The notes under the pieces are model-generated. The model did not search any database. It saw nothing but the letters and a program-made list of their open reading frames with translations, and had not been told where the DNA came from. A DNA stretch of 64,000 nt from Candidatus Limnocylindrales bacterium. Its GTDB lineage: Bacteria; Patescibacteriota; Microgenomatia; Levybacterales; UBA12049. Each line of letters begins with the position of its first letter. Positions within the stretch are counted from its first letter, which is position 1. Positions 45,575 to 54,150 of the stretch are shown here, piece after piece. The stretch is from positions 2,340-66,339 of the forward strand of contig DATLDE010000002.1 of assembly GCA_035526025.1 (NCBI GenBank), read 5' to 3'. The position numbers were made by a program, and so were the translations under genes.

Positions 45575-47299
45575 CTATCCAAAAGTAAAAGCAAAAGCTC
45601 CAATCCCAGGAGTGAATTCCAGCTTCATCAAATGATTTCCTGTATCGCCCTTTAGATTAATCAGCTCATAAAGCCTGTCGCTATCAACTATTACACTTCC
45701 ATTCTTTACATCTCTACCAGCACGTTTCAGATCAACCAATTTACCATCTAGATAGACTTTGACTGTTCCCGCAGCTGCTCCTGGGTTCATTACCAGGAAT
45801 ACTTTATTGGCGTTGAAGTTGTAAGAAAGCACAGCATTATCAACTGCAATCGCTGACTCCTTTGTTATATTCCATGTGCCCCCAAAAGAGAATTTATTTG
45901 GGCTGATATCTTTTGATAATGTAAATTGTTGGTTACCATTTTTTGCTTTTCCAGATCCCATAAGATCAAGCATTCTCTGAGACCCCAGATAACCCTCTGG
46001 AGAGAGTTTAGATTGACGAGAAGATGTTGTTTCATTTTTTATATCAACATCCACTTTTTGTCCTGTTTCTTTGAGTAAATCTTGAATTGCCTTTTCTGTC
46101 GCGTCATACGCACCTTCACCGAAATGAGTGTAGCGTATGTACCCATCCTTATCCACTAGATACTTAGCCGGCCAATATCTGTTGTTATAGGCGTTCCATG
46201 TGTCAAAATTATTATCCTGTATAACTGGGTGTTTCAATTTAAAATCAAGGATTGCCTGTGTTAAATTTTTTTCTGATTTCTCAAATTCAAATTCCGGAGA
46301 ATGAACTCCGACTATCACAAATCCTTTATCTTTATATTTTGCGTACCAATCATTTAAATAAGGCATTGTTCTCTGACAATTGATACATGTATAAGTCCAG
46401 AAATCAATTAGAACAACTTTACCTTTTAACTCTCTTATCGTTAGTGGTTCTGAGTTAAGCCATACACCACCAGGAATTATTTCAGGTGCTTTTACTTTTT
46501 GCTGACTCAAACCATCTGAAGTAACTTGCCCTGAACGCTCTGTTGGTTCTTTTTTAAATAGCTTATCGAGTTGTTTTTTAACAGCTTCATTGTCTTCAAT
46601 CTTTATAAGCCCTGCACCATACTTTGGAAATGTTTCAAGAACATACGTCTGAAACTTCCTATCAATATTAAAAAATATTCCAAGCGCAGTCAGGACCATC
46701 AGTACACCAAATCCTTTCTGGATTTTTTCGGCATTTGGTAGAAGCCATGGAATTTTCTGAATAAGACCACGTCCTCCATACATTATTGCAAACATAGGTA
46801 TTGCCGTTCCGAGAGAATAAGCAAGCGTAATGAAGAAAGCCGAAAAGCTTACTTCACTCGTTGCTGCAAGAGTTATGACACTGGCCAGTATAGGACCTAC
46901 GCAAGGCGTCCACAACAATCCGAGGCTAAGTCCCACAAATATACCTCCTAAAAAACCATCATGATGTCCTTTTATAGCAAATCTATTTGAAAGACGTGAA
47001 AATAACTTTTCCATTAATACTTGTGTCTTTCCTGATAAAAGACTCACCCCAAAAAGTAATAATATAACTATAGATACTATACGAAGAGCATCCGCTGACA
47101 CACCTGTTGCGCGAACAATAGCTGATAAAAAAAGAGTAAAGAATGTGAAACTCAGCACAAATCCCAAAACAATTCCTTGTGGCTTTCTTTTACCTGATCC
47201 TACGCTTCCTGATAATACAATCGGAAGAATAGGCAATATACAAGGCGATAGGATTGTGATAATTCCTGCTAAAAATGCGAAACCGATAAGAAATAACAT
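45575..47299 (-). CDS. DsbD/CcdA-type transmembrane electron transporter fused to TlpA/ResA-like thioredoxin domain
   Basis: N-terminal CcdA-like polytopic domain (two conserved Cys in TM helices), then a thioredoxin fold with WTYTCINCQ (CxxC). 574 aa. Confidence 0.65.
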   Translation of the reverse strand: MLFLIGFAFLAGIITILSPCILPILPIVLSGSVGSGKRKPQGIVLGFVLSFTFFTLFLSAIVRATGVSADALRIVSIVILLLFGVSLLSGKTQVLMEKLFSRLSNRFAIKGHHDGFLGGIFVGLSLGLLWTPCVGPILASVITLAATSEVSFSAFFITLAYSLGTAIPMFAIMYGGRGLIQKIPWLLPNAEKIQKGFGVLMVLTALGIFFNIDRKFQTYVLETFPKYGAGLIKIEDNEAVKKQLDKLFKKEPTERSGQVTSDGLSQQKVKAPEIIPGGVWLNSEPLTIRELKGKVVLIDFWTYTCINCQRTMPYLNDWYAKYKDKGFVIVGVHSPEFEFEKSEKNLTQAILDFKLKHPVIQDNNFDTWNAYNNRYWPAKYLVDKDGYIRYTHFGEGAYDATEKAIQDLLKETGQKVDVDIKNETTSSRQSKLSPEGYLGSQRMLDLMGSGKAKNGNQQFTLSKDISPNKFSFGGTWNITKESAIAVDNAVLSYNFNANKVFLVMNPGAAAGTVKVYLDGKLVDLKRAGRDVKNGSVIVDSDRLYELINLKGDTGNHLMKLEFTPGIGAFAFTFG

Positions 47300-47355
47300 A
47301 ATTTTTATTAACTAAACTCTGATACCGGTTCTTAATAAAAAACCAGCATCACAAA

Positions 47356-47907
47356 TTACTTAATTTTGGCTAATAATTCATCCGTTTGTCCACCGTTCCA
47401 TGTTGTTACTTCATTACCCTCTCCATCAATTTGGACAAAAGTATGCTGATAAGTAACCGCGTACTTTCTTGCTAGATCTTTCTCTTCCTGATCAGTATCT
47501 GGGTCATTGTAATTTACCCGTAAAACCACCACGTCTTCTGGAAATTTATTTGCATTAGCTGAAAGCTCAGGATCTGCAATTCTACATGTCGGACACCAAG
47601 ATGCATAAAAGTATAAAACTCTTCTCTTGTCCGTATTATTAGTTAAATCCGCTTTTGAATATTCAACATATCGAGTACCAGCCTGTTCTGAGCCCACCGA
47701 AGGATCTTTCTTCATCATTCCCTCATCATCAGCCTTCTCCATAGCAGAATCTTCTTTTTTCATCATAACTTGCCCTGAGGAATCTGTTGGGTCTTTTACC
47801 ATAGCTCCATCCTGAAAAGACTTACTTGACTGATTATTAATCAAAACGAGGCCTCCACCTAAGACTATAACTGCTATGACTATTCCTATAATTGTATTTT
47901 TATTCAT
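47356..47907 (-). CDS. membrane-anchored thioredoxin-family protein
   Basis: N-terminal TM helix and a thioredoxin motif FYASWCPTCR (WCxxC). Confidence 0.7.
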   Translation of the reverse strand: MNKNTIIGIVIAVIVLGGGLVLINNQSSKSFQDGAMVKDPTDSSGQVMMKKEDSAMEKADDEGMMKKDPSVGSEQAGTRYVEYSKADLTNNTDKRRVLYFYASWCPTCRIADPELSANANKFPEDVVVLRVNYNDPDTDQEEKDLARKYAVTYQHTFVQIDGEGNEVTTWNGGQTDELLAKIK

Positions 47908-47963
47908 ATATTCTCACCTCCTTTGCCCACCGAAGCCCAGATCCAATCGGGACGAAGGCGGGT

Positions 47964-48329
47964 TCAATTTTTGATTTTTCCATATACAAGCCCTATTGTC
48001 TTGGCCAAAAGCATAATACTAACTGCTATTATCAAAAATGGATCTACTGCTTCTTTTGCACTTTGCAAGATTATTCCTGTGATCAACACAAACACACCTG
48101 CAAAATATGCAAAACGAGAAGCGATAAATTTATGGAGTTGCTCTCTTTCATCTCCTGGTTTTTCTTTCCATAAAAACCCTGCAAAAATTACAAAAAGTAA
48201 AATTAGAAATGGAACCATAAAAGGGTGTAGCATCTGTGGCATGAAAAGATCCAGGGGATTGATAAAAAAGACAAGAAGTCCAATTAATAAAAAGGAGATA
48301 ATTATTTCACCTATAAATTTATTATTCAT
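47964..48329 (-). CDS. small membrane protein paired with XRE regulator
   Basis: 121 aa with 3 TM helices. Its start overlaps the stop of the upstream XRE gene (the typical regulator plus membrane-partner pair). Confidence 0.5.
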   Translation of the reverse strand: MNNKFIGEIIISFLLIGLLVFFINPLDLFMPQMLHPFMVPFLILLFVIFAGFLWKEKPGDEREQLHKFIASRFAYFAGVFVLITGIILQSAKEAVDPFLIIAVSIMLLAKTIGLVYGKIKN

Positions 48330-48532
48330 GATTTTAAAGTAAACACTTCTTCAACAGGTTTTTTAAAAAATTTTGCTATCTTTAGTCCAAGCAGCAGAGA
48401 CGGGATATAATTTCCTTTCTCAATCGCGATAACTGTTTGTCTTGATACTCCAATCTCTTTTGCGAATTCCTCCTGCGTTACATTTTTACCTTTTCTTAAT
48501 TCAAAAACCTTATTAATAACATGTTCTCTCAT
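48326..48532 (-). CDS. XRE-family (Cro/C1-type) HTH transcriptional regulator
   Basis: 68 aa: LRKGKNVTQEEFAKEIGVSRQTVIAIEKG is a canonical HTH_3. Confidence 0.8.
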   Translation of the reverse strand: MREHVINKVFELRKGKNVTQEEFAKEIGVSRQTVIAIEKGNYIPSLLLGLKIAKFFKKPVEEVFTLKS

Positions 48533-48627
48533 ACAATTTTAAATGTCAAGTAGATTTAACATTATTGTAAAGTGTTAGAAGCTATTTGTCAAGTATGCTT
48601 TACATCAAAATAATACAATCTTTTTGC

Positions 48628-49746
48628 TTATAACTTTGCGGGGTTGATACTGATTATTTTATCATCCCCAGATTGCCTATCGCCCCGACCATCACGATTA
48701 CTTGTTGTTATATATAGCATGTTATCAGGCCCGACTACAACATCCCTGATTCTCCCAAATTTATCATTTAAATGAGTATTAATCGATGTAGTATTTCCTG
48801 ATAAGGTTGCTTGATACAGGCTTTTACCGCGAAGTCCGACAAAATAGACCGAACCATTTAGATAAGCAGCGCCACCTGGGGCCCATGTGTCCGTTCCACT
48901 ATGTACTAGAGGCGGAACTAAACCATTTCTTTTTTCGTCTCCCTTGACATCAGGCCAGCCATAATTTTTCCCTATTTCTATGCGATTCAACTCATCTTTT
49001 TCAGATGACCCATGCTCAGTTTCATAAAGATTTCCGCTCTCGTCCCATGTAATTCCCTGTGGATTACGATGTCCGTATGAATATATAAGTGTGTTGAAAG
49101 GATTTCCAGGAGCTGCTTTTCCCTCAGGTGTGACCCTAATAATTTTACCGGCCAGTGAATTTTTATTTTGCGCGAGCGATGGCTCCTGTGCGTCCCCTGT
49201 TGTGATATACAATAATTTATCTGGACCGAATTTAATTCTGCCACCATCATGAAATAATGCGCCCGGGATCTTATCAACTATTATTTTTTCGTTAGTTAAT
49301 TTATCTCCTGTAAAATTATATCTTGAAACTCTGTTTAGGGATTTATTTCCCTCATTTGCATATGTGTAATACAAATAAACCAATTTGTTTTTCTCAAACT
49401 CTGGATGGACTGTTATGCCATGAAGCCCTCCTTCGCCTTGAATTCTTTTAACAACATCTATTTCGAGGATTGGCTCATTAACAAGTTGCCCATTTCTATC
49501 AATTAGTCTTACTCTTCCCGGACGCTCTGTTACCAGAATACTTTCGTCAGGTAAAAATACGAGAGCCCAGGGAACTTCAAGATTTTCGGCGATTACAGTA
49601 GCAGAAGCAGACTCTGAATCATTTTGCATAGAAGGAGACTTTGAAACTTGGTGGTTTATATTCTTTTTTGAAGAGTTTTTCGTTGCAGTCAAGCCATTTG
49701 CGGATAATACTATTATAACTAATATTAACCCAAGAAATTTTTTCAT
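48628..49746 (-). CDS. PQQ-dependent soluble sugar dehydrogenase family (GSDH/YliI-like beta-propeller)
   Basis: Signal peptide. SGNLYETEHGSSEKDELNRIEIGKNYGWPDV matches the sorbosone/glucose dehydrogenase signature (DE-N-I..G.NYGWP). Confidence 0.7.
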   Translation of the reverse strand: MKKFLGLILVIIVLSANGLTATKNSSKKNINHQVSKSPSMQNDSESASATVIAENLEVPWALVFLPDESILVTERPGRVRLIDRNGQLVNEPILEIDVVKRIQGEGGLHGITVHPEFEKNKLVYLYYTYANEGNKSLNRVSRYNFTGDKLTNEKIIVDKIPGALFHDGGRIKFGPDKLLYITTGDAQEPSLAQNKNSLAGKIIRVTPEGKAAPGNPFNTLIYSYGHRNPQGITWDESGNLYETEHGSSEKDELNRIEIGKNYGWPDVKGDEKRNGLVPPLVHSGTDTWAPGGAAYLNGSVYFVGLRGKSLYQATLSGNTTSINTHLNDKFGRIRDVVVGPDNMLYITTSNRDGRGDRQSGDDKIISINPAKL

Positions 49747-49780
49747 ACTCCTATTATATACTTATATTAATTTTAAATTA

Positions 49781-50179
49781 TTAATCTTTTACAATTACTC
49801 TTATGTATGTATCCGGATTAAAATGATCATGAAAAGAATAAATTCCCACCTTCTTAAATTGTATTTTATATGCCTCATCACCTTTAAAAACTCCTGACTC
49901 TAGCCCTTCTTCTTCGTGTGCATGATTCTTGTCTACTGCATTTCCACTTCCTTGTGATAAATTGTGTTCTTTTCCATCCTTTGCGTTAAATTGAACATAA
50001 TCACCCACTTTTGCCAGAACTATATCAGGATCTGCCATGTCTTTCATAAGAGAAACCATATGGATATTAGTTGCTGCAATTTTCTTTTGCGAAGTGGAAA
50101 AACCCAATTTACTAAGTGAAAAATATGCAATCCCTGCACTTGCTAATGTAACTAATAAAAATAATGCTATCCTCTTCAT
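49781..50179 (-). CDS. cupredoxin-like domain protein lacking the Cys ligand (degenerate paralog)
   Basis: Signal peptide. C-terminal YSFHDHFNP aligns with YPYHCEPHP of the neighbouring blue-copper protein, but the Cys is replaced. Confidence 0.45.
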   Translation of the reverse strand: MKRIALFLLVTLASAGIAYFSLSKLGFSTSQKKIAATNIHMVSLMKDMADPDIVLAKVGDYVQFNAKDGKEHNLSQGSGNAVDKNHAHEEEGLESGVFKGDEAYKIQFKKVGIYSFHDHFNPDTYIRVIVKD

Positions 50180-50219
50180 ACTTTTATATAATTATCCAAA
50201 TCCTGAGAGATCCGTCGGA

Positions 50220-50633
50220 TCATTCAGTTACTTCAATCATCGCCTTCATATATGGATGTGGCTCACAATGATATGGGTAAATCCCAACTTCATTAAATGT
50301 GTAAGTATACTTTTCACCTTTTCCAAAAAACTTACTCTTAGGACCTTCCCGTGTTTCCTCATCAATTGTTACTGTGTGAGGTGCTATATCGTAATTAATC
50401 CAGGTTACTGTTGTTCCCTTTTTAACCGTCTTTTTCTCAGGAGTGAAAGCATATTTTTTAATTTCAATTGTATTCGAGTCCTGTTTATGGTCTACTCTAA
50501 CAACATTAGAATTTTGGTTATCTTTTTTATGATGATTACTATTCCCCATTAAGTCATGGAATAAAAAATGACTAATCAAAATTCCAACTCCCGTGGCTAT
50601 CATTACAATTGTAAAAATCTTATTTTTTTTCAT
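50220..50633 (-). CDS. type-1 (blue) copper protein, plastocyanin/amicyanin-like
   Basis: TM/signal. Copper ligand set APH...YPYHCEPHPYM (His, Cys, His, Met spacing typical of cupredoxins). Confidence 0.7.
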   Translation of the reverse strand: MKKNKIFTIVMIATGVGILISHFLFHDLMGNSNHHKKDNQNSNVVRVDHKQDSNTIEIKKYAFTPEKKTVKKGTTVTWINYDIAPHTVTIDEETREGPKSKFFGKGEKYTYTFNEVGIYPYHCEPHPYMKAMIEVTE

Positions 50634-50726
50634 ATTTAAATTAATTTTTGCTTATTATTTCTTAGATAGAAAGCCTTCTGACTTTTGACAGTAAGAAGGC
50701 CAATCTATCAACTTTGCCTAAAAAGT

Positions 50727-51425
50727 TTATTTAAACTTATCAGGATATTGCTTAACGATTGCTCCTGAGAGCGCGTCAGCAATAGTTCCAATTTGTACGT
50801 TGGCCTCGTGCTCTTTTGCATAAGATAAAGGATAATCCTTTCCTCCATATGCATCAACTGCACCCTTTAATAGACCAATGTGTTCTCCAACTAGGTCAAA
50901 CACAGCTTGTCTTGGAAGATTTGGGTTTGCACTGCTTAAAAAATCAGCAATAGCATTCTGATAACCTCCTAAGTCAGCAACTGCTTTGTCCATTCCAGCC
51001 TTATTACCTCCTTTTGCTGCTACTGTGTAGTCAACGAAGAAACCAATGTGACTTGCCCAAATTTCGTAAAATTTGGCTTCAGCCTCTGGGCCGTATACAC
51101 TTCCAACTGCTGCTGCAATAGCTTTTGAATTAGTATCTAACTCTCCTGCTGCTGCTGCAAAATCAGGGTCTCCTTGGAAACCTCTTCTTGTTGCTGCAGA
51201 TGCTAAGCCTACGTGTTCACGCTCTAATGCGTTAAGAGTCACGCGAAGATCAGCTGCTGCAGTATCAGTTCTAGCCATACCCTCTGATTGGGCGGTTGTT
51301 GCCTGGTCAACTTTTTTATTTGTCTTGACCATGGTAAGACCAATTGCTGCTACGATAAGACCTACGAAAACAGCAATTATAACTGTCTTTGCTGTAGATC
51401 CTTTTTGAATTGTATTATTGTTCAT
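50727..51425 (-). CDS. membrane-anchored Ala-rich protein of unknown function (MarR-operator controlled)
   Basis: Start at ATG 51423-51425 (MNNNTIQ), 8 nt after the SD AGGAGGTG. N-terminal TM helix. GC-rich and Ala-rich. An operator palindrome lies upstream. Confidence 0.5.
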   Translation of the reverse strand: MNNNTIQKGSTAKTVIIAVFVGLIVAAIGLTMVKTNKKVDQATTAQSEGMARTDTAAADLRVTLNALEREHVGLASAATRRGFQGDPDFAAAAGELDTNSKAIAAAVGSVYGPEAEAKFYEIWASHIGFFVDYTVAAKGGNKAGMDKAVADLGGYQNAIADFLSSANPNLPRQAVFDLVGEHIGLLKGAVDAYGGKDYPLSYAKEHEANVQIGTIADALSGAIVKQYPDKFK

Positions 51426-51542
51426 AATTATGTCACCTCCTTTCATTTATATTTTTCTAAAAGTAATGTTTCTAAAGTTAATTGTTAACTTAGTTAACTA
51501 TACATTACAATAATCTATATTGTCAAGTAATAGTTTTGTAAG

Positions 51543-52010
51543 TTATTCCTGTGTATTGTTTACTATCATAGTTAAGACTTTAATATAAGTTAGGAGTTCT
51601 TCATGAGTAACGCCTTTAAGTATTTTTGCCAGTGTTTGTTTTGCAACTGGTTCAATTTCGACAATCAAATTACTTCCAGTCTTTGTAATACTGACTAATT
51701 TTGCTCTTTCATCATGCGGGTCTTGTAGTCTAAGAAGGAATCCCTTTTTTTCAAGTAGCTTGGCCAATTTGGTAACCATAGGAGGATCATAACTCAATCG
51801 ATCTGCAAGTTCAGCGAGTCTTATCTTGCCGTGCTCATGAAGCTGACCGAGAAGCTTCCACTCTGGGATTGAGAGATTATATGAAGCCAAAGTTTGAGTT
51901 AGATTTACATGCAATCTACTATATGCTTTTCCTTGCAGAAGACCTGTGCTGTAAGCATGCAGGTTAGCTGGATTGATATTTAATGTTTTTTCTATTAGTT
52001 CATTTTTCAT
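51543..52010 (-). CDS. MarR family transcriptional regulator
   Basis: Winged HTH: LAELADRLSYDPPMVTKLAKLLEKKGFLLR. 155 aa. Confidence 0.8.
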   Translation of the reverse strand: MKNELIEKTLNINPANLHAYSTGLLQGKAYSRLHVNLTQTLASYNLSIPEWKLLGQLHEHGKIRLAELADRLSYDPPMVTKLAKLLEKKGFLLRLQDPHDERAKLVSITKTGSNLIVEIEPVAKQTLAKILKGVTHEELLTYIKVLTMIVNNTQE

Positions 52011-52031
52011 AATTGTTATATCCTAATTTAA

Positions 52032-52045
52032 TTAACTTAGTTAAC
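52032..52045. promoter_or_regulatory. palindromic operator TTAACTTAGTTAAC overlapping marR -10 region; other copies at 51484-51498 and 55109-55121
   Basis: Near-perfect 14-bp palindrome (TTAAC-TTAG-TTAAC) immediately downstream of the minus-strand TTGACA-17-TATAAT promoter. Also upstream of the 50727 gene and of the 55059 operon. Confidence 0.6.
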
Positions 52046-52074
52046 ATTATATACTTTCAATTAAATTTGTCAAG
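52046..52074 (-). promoter_or_regulatory. sigma-70-type promoter for marR (TTGACA-17-TATAAT on minus strand)
   Basis: Reverse complement of 52069-52074 is TTGACA, followed by a 17-nt spacer. Reverse complement of 52046-52051 is TATAAT. Confidence 0.6.
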
Positions 52075-52095
52075 ATGTAGAATGACAAATATAAT
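52067..52095 (+). promoter_or_regulatory. promoter for GDSL hydrolase gene (TTGTCA-17-TATAAT), predicted leaderless
   Basis: -10 ends at 52095 and the ATG is at 52102 with no SD, so the TSS is predicted at the start codon. Shares the -35 hexamer region with the divergent marR promoter. Confidence 0.5.
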
Positions 52096-52101
52096 ATAGA
52101 T

Positions 52102-52809
52102 ATGAAAAAATATCTTGTCTCGCTTCTTGTTGCCCTCACAATTGGGCTTACCTTCTTTTCAATATCTAGTTATTCATCACGCTTTAAAAACCATGAACCA
52201 CATAAGATAAGGTATGTTGCATTGGGTGATTCATATACCATTGGTGAAGGGGTACGCTCATATGAAGCTTTTCCCGAAGTTCTTGTTAAGATGCTAAATA
52301 GAGAAGGAGTACAAGTAAAATTGATTGCCAATCCCTCAGTAACCGGATGGACTACTCAAGACTTAATTGAAAAGGAGCTACCAATTTACGATTCATCACG
52401 TCCTGAATTTGCAACCCTTCTTATTGGTGTAAATGACTGGGTACAGGAGGTTGATGAGGAATTGTTTCATAAAAATTTAATACAAATCTTAGACAGAATG
52501 CAGACTAAATTGCCTGATAAACATCATTTAATACTTATTACAATTCCTGATTTTTCAGTAACTCCAACAGGAAAAAATTTTGACCAAGATGGAGATGCAG
52601 AAGCCGGAATTGCAAGATTTAATACTATTATTAAAGAAGAGGGAAAATTACGAAATTTACCAGTGGCTGACATCTACCCATTAACTCAAAGAATGAAAGA
52701 TAATCGAGAATTTATAAATCCCGATGGACTACACCCATCTCCCAAGGAATACGAGCTCTGGGCTGAAAAAATTCTGCCTATAGCACTTAAGACGCTGACA
52801 AGTAAATAA
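52102..52809 (+). CDS. SGNH/GDSL family hydrolase (lipase/esterase)
   Basis: Block I VALGDSYTIGEG (GDSx), block III GVND and block V DGLHPS (catalytic His). Confidence 0.8.
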   Translation: MKKYLVSLLVALTIGLTFFSISSYSSRFKNHEPHKIRYVALGDSYTIGEGVRSYEAFPEVLVKMLNREGVQVKLIANPSVTGWTTQDLIEKELPIYDSSRPEFATLLIGVNDWVQEVDEELFHKNLIQILDRMQTKLPDKHHLILITIPDFSVTPTGKNFDQDGDAEAGIARFNTIIKEEGKLRNLPVADIYPLTQRMKDNREFINPDGLHPSPKEYELWAEKILPIALKTLTSK

Positions 52810-52810
52810 A

Positions 52811-52842
52811 AAAGCTCGAGGAGTTACCCCGAGCTTTTTATT
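52811..52842. terminator. bidirectional intrinsic terminator
   Basis: AAAAAGCTCG-aggagttaccc-CGAGCTTTTT, a 10-bp stem flanked by an A-run and a T-run. Lies between the convergent GDSL gene and the CHRD-protein operon. Confidence 0.75.
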
Positions 52843-52868
52843 ATTTTGGATTGTTAGATTAAACTATA

Positions 52869-53597
52869 TTATAGTTGTCCTCTGACAGCTCCTCCTGGAT
52901 ATGTAGCGTTGTGAACGTTTACATAATAGTCTGAGGGATTATCTTGAATCTCCTCTATTTCTTGACTACTAAGGCTTGCGCACCCGCTCGCAAATCCCTG
53001 GGCATTAGGAGTAGGTAGTGCAACCACTACAGGTCCTGCTGCGCCTGGTTGCGCTTCATGAATATGAGCAGCACTTGCTTGCTGAATATTCTTGACCGCT
53101 AACTGTACGCAAACTTTTCCAGCTTGAGGAAGCAATTTTACTGTAGCTACCCCGAATCCATCAGGATCTCCACCTCCAACTTCTTGACTACCAGTTAAAA
53201 AAGTTTGGAGTTTGCTCCAGCTGTTTGTGATGCCTCCATTACTGTTTCCGCCATTACCTCCTACATTACCTAAATTTAGGATGTTTGCATTTGCAACGTT
53301 TGAAATAGCAACACCCGTACTGGAACTTCGAGTTACAACTGCGACATTTCCACCGGTATTTAAGCTGGCGTTATTTCCACCAGTATTGGAGTTCGCATTA
53401 ACTGAGTTACTTATACTCGAGCTATTGCTCTGACTCACACTAAGATTTCGGTTTTGAGTAACAGATACGCTGTTGCTTGAAAATGCTCCATTTCCTGAAA
53501 CATGAACGCTTGTTGCAGCAAATGCTGCTGGGGTCAACGCACTAAGCACAACTGCTCCTGTTGCCAAACCTGTTGTTAATTTTTGTTTTAAATTCAT
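52869..53597 (-). CDS. secreted protein: Asn/Ser/Gly-rich N-terminal module + C-terminal CHRD domain
   Basis: Signal peptide ...PAAFAATS, a repetitive SVxVxGNGAFS...NSVNANSNTGGNNA region and a C-terminal AAHIHEAQPGAAGPVVVAL...YYVNVHNATYPGGAVRGQL (CHRD signature). Confidence 0.65.
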   Translation of the reverse strand: MNLKQKLTTGLATGAVVLSALTPAAFAATSVHVSGNGAFSSNSVSVTQNRNLSVSQSNSSSISNSVNANSNTGGNNASLNTGGNVAVVTRSSSTGVAISNVANANILNLGNVGGNGGNSNGGITNSWSKLQTFLTGSQEVGGGDPDGFGVATVKLLPQAGKVCVQLAVKNIQQASAAHIHEAQPGAAGPVVVALPTPNAQGFASGCASLSSQEIEEIQDNPSDYYVNVHNATYPGGAVRGQL

Positions 53598-53626
53598 TAT
53601 TTATTCACCTCCTTTCCAATGTATTA

Positions 53627-54079
53627 TTATGTCTTTTTATTTCTATTTAGAAAAACTGTTGCAATAAGTAGCAATGCCCCAACTGTGGACACAAATAAAC
53701 CTGGGCCTATTTTTGGAACAATTAATGGTTGTGTTAATAACTTTTGATATGTTTCGAACAATCCAATAATTAACCAGGCGCTAAATAAAGTTAATACAAT
53801 TCCAGATAAATTTATTAAATATTGAATTTTCTTAATACCTTTAAAAAAGCAGATAATACCCATAACGCTGGCAAAAATTCCGGCACCCAACATAATTCGC
53901 CCGTTCAGTCCTACAACCCCAGGGAATGGCTGAAGTCCTGCATAAAGTGAGAACCAGGGCAAAACCGCCCCGATTACAATGAGTACGCCCGCAAAAAAAG
54001 TAATTAGACCTGTCAACTGCTGCGGGTTAATTTTGCTTAAAATGTTTGTTTTGTTTATTAAAATTGATGTAGTATGCAT
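53627..54079 (-). CDS. polytopic membrane protein (4-5 TM), middle gene of MarR-controlled operon
   Basis: Start at ATG 54077-54079 (MHTTSIL), after the SD AGGAGAAAG. Hydrophobic throughout. Confidence 0.5.
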   Translation of the reverse strand: MHTTSILINKTNILSKINPQQLTGLITFFAGVLIVIGAVLPWFSLYAGLQPFPGVVGLNGRIMLGAGIFASVMGIICFFKGIKKIQYLINLSGIVLTLFSAWLIIGLFETYQKLLTQPLIVPKIGPGLFVSTVGALLLIATVFLNRNKKT

Positions 54080-54150
54080 ATTTTTTGTCTTTCTCCTGCG
54101 ACCCGCCCCTGGCGGGCCGCAGTACAATTTAATTTCCCTAAATATTCTTA

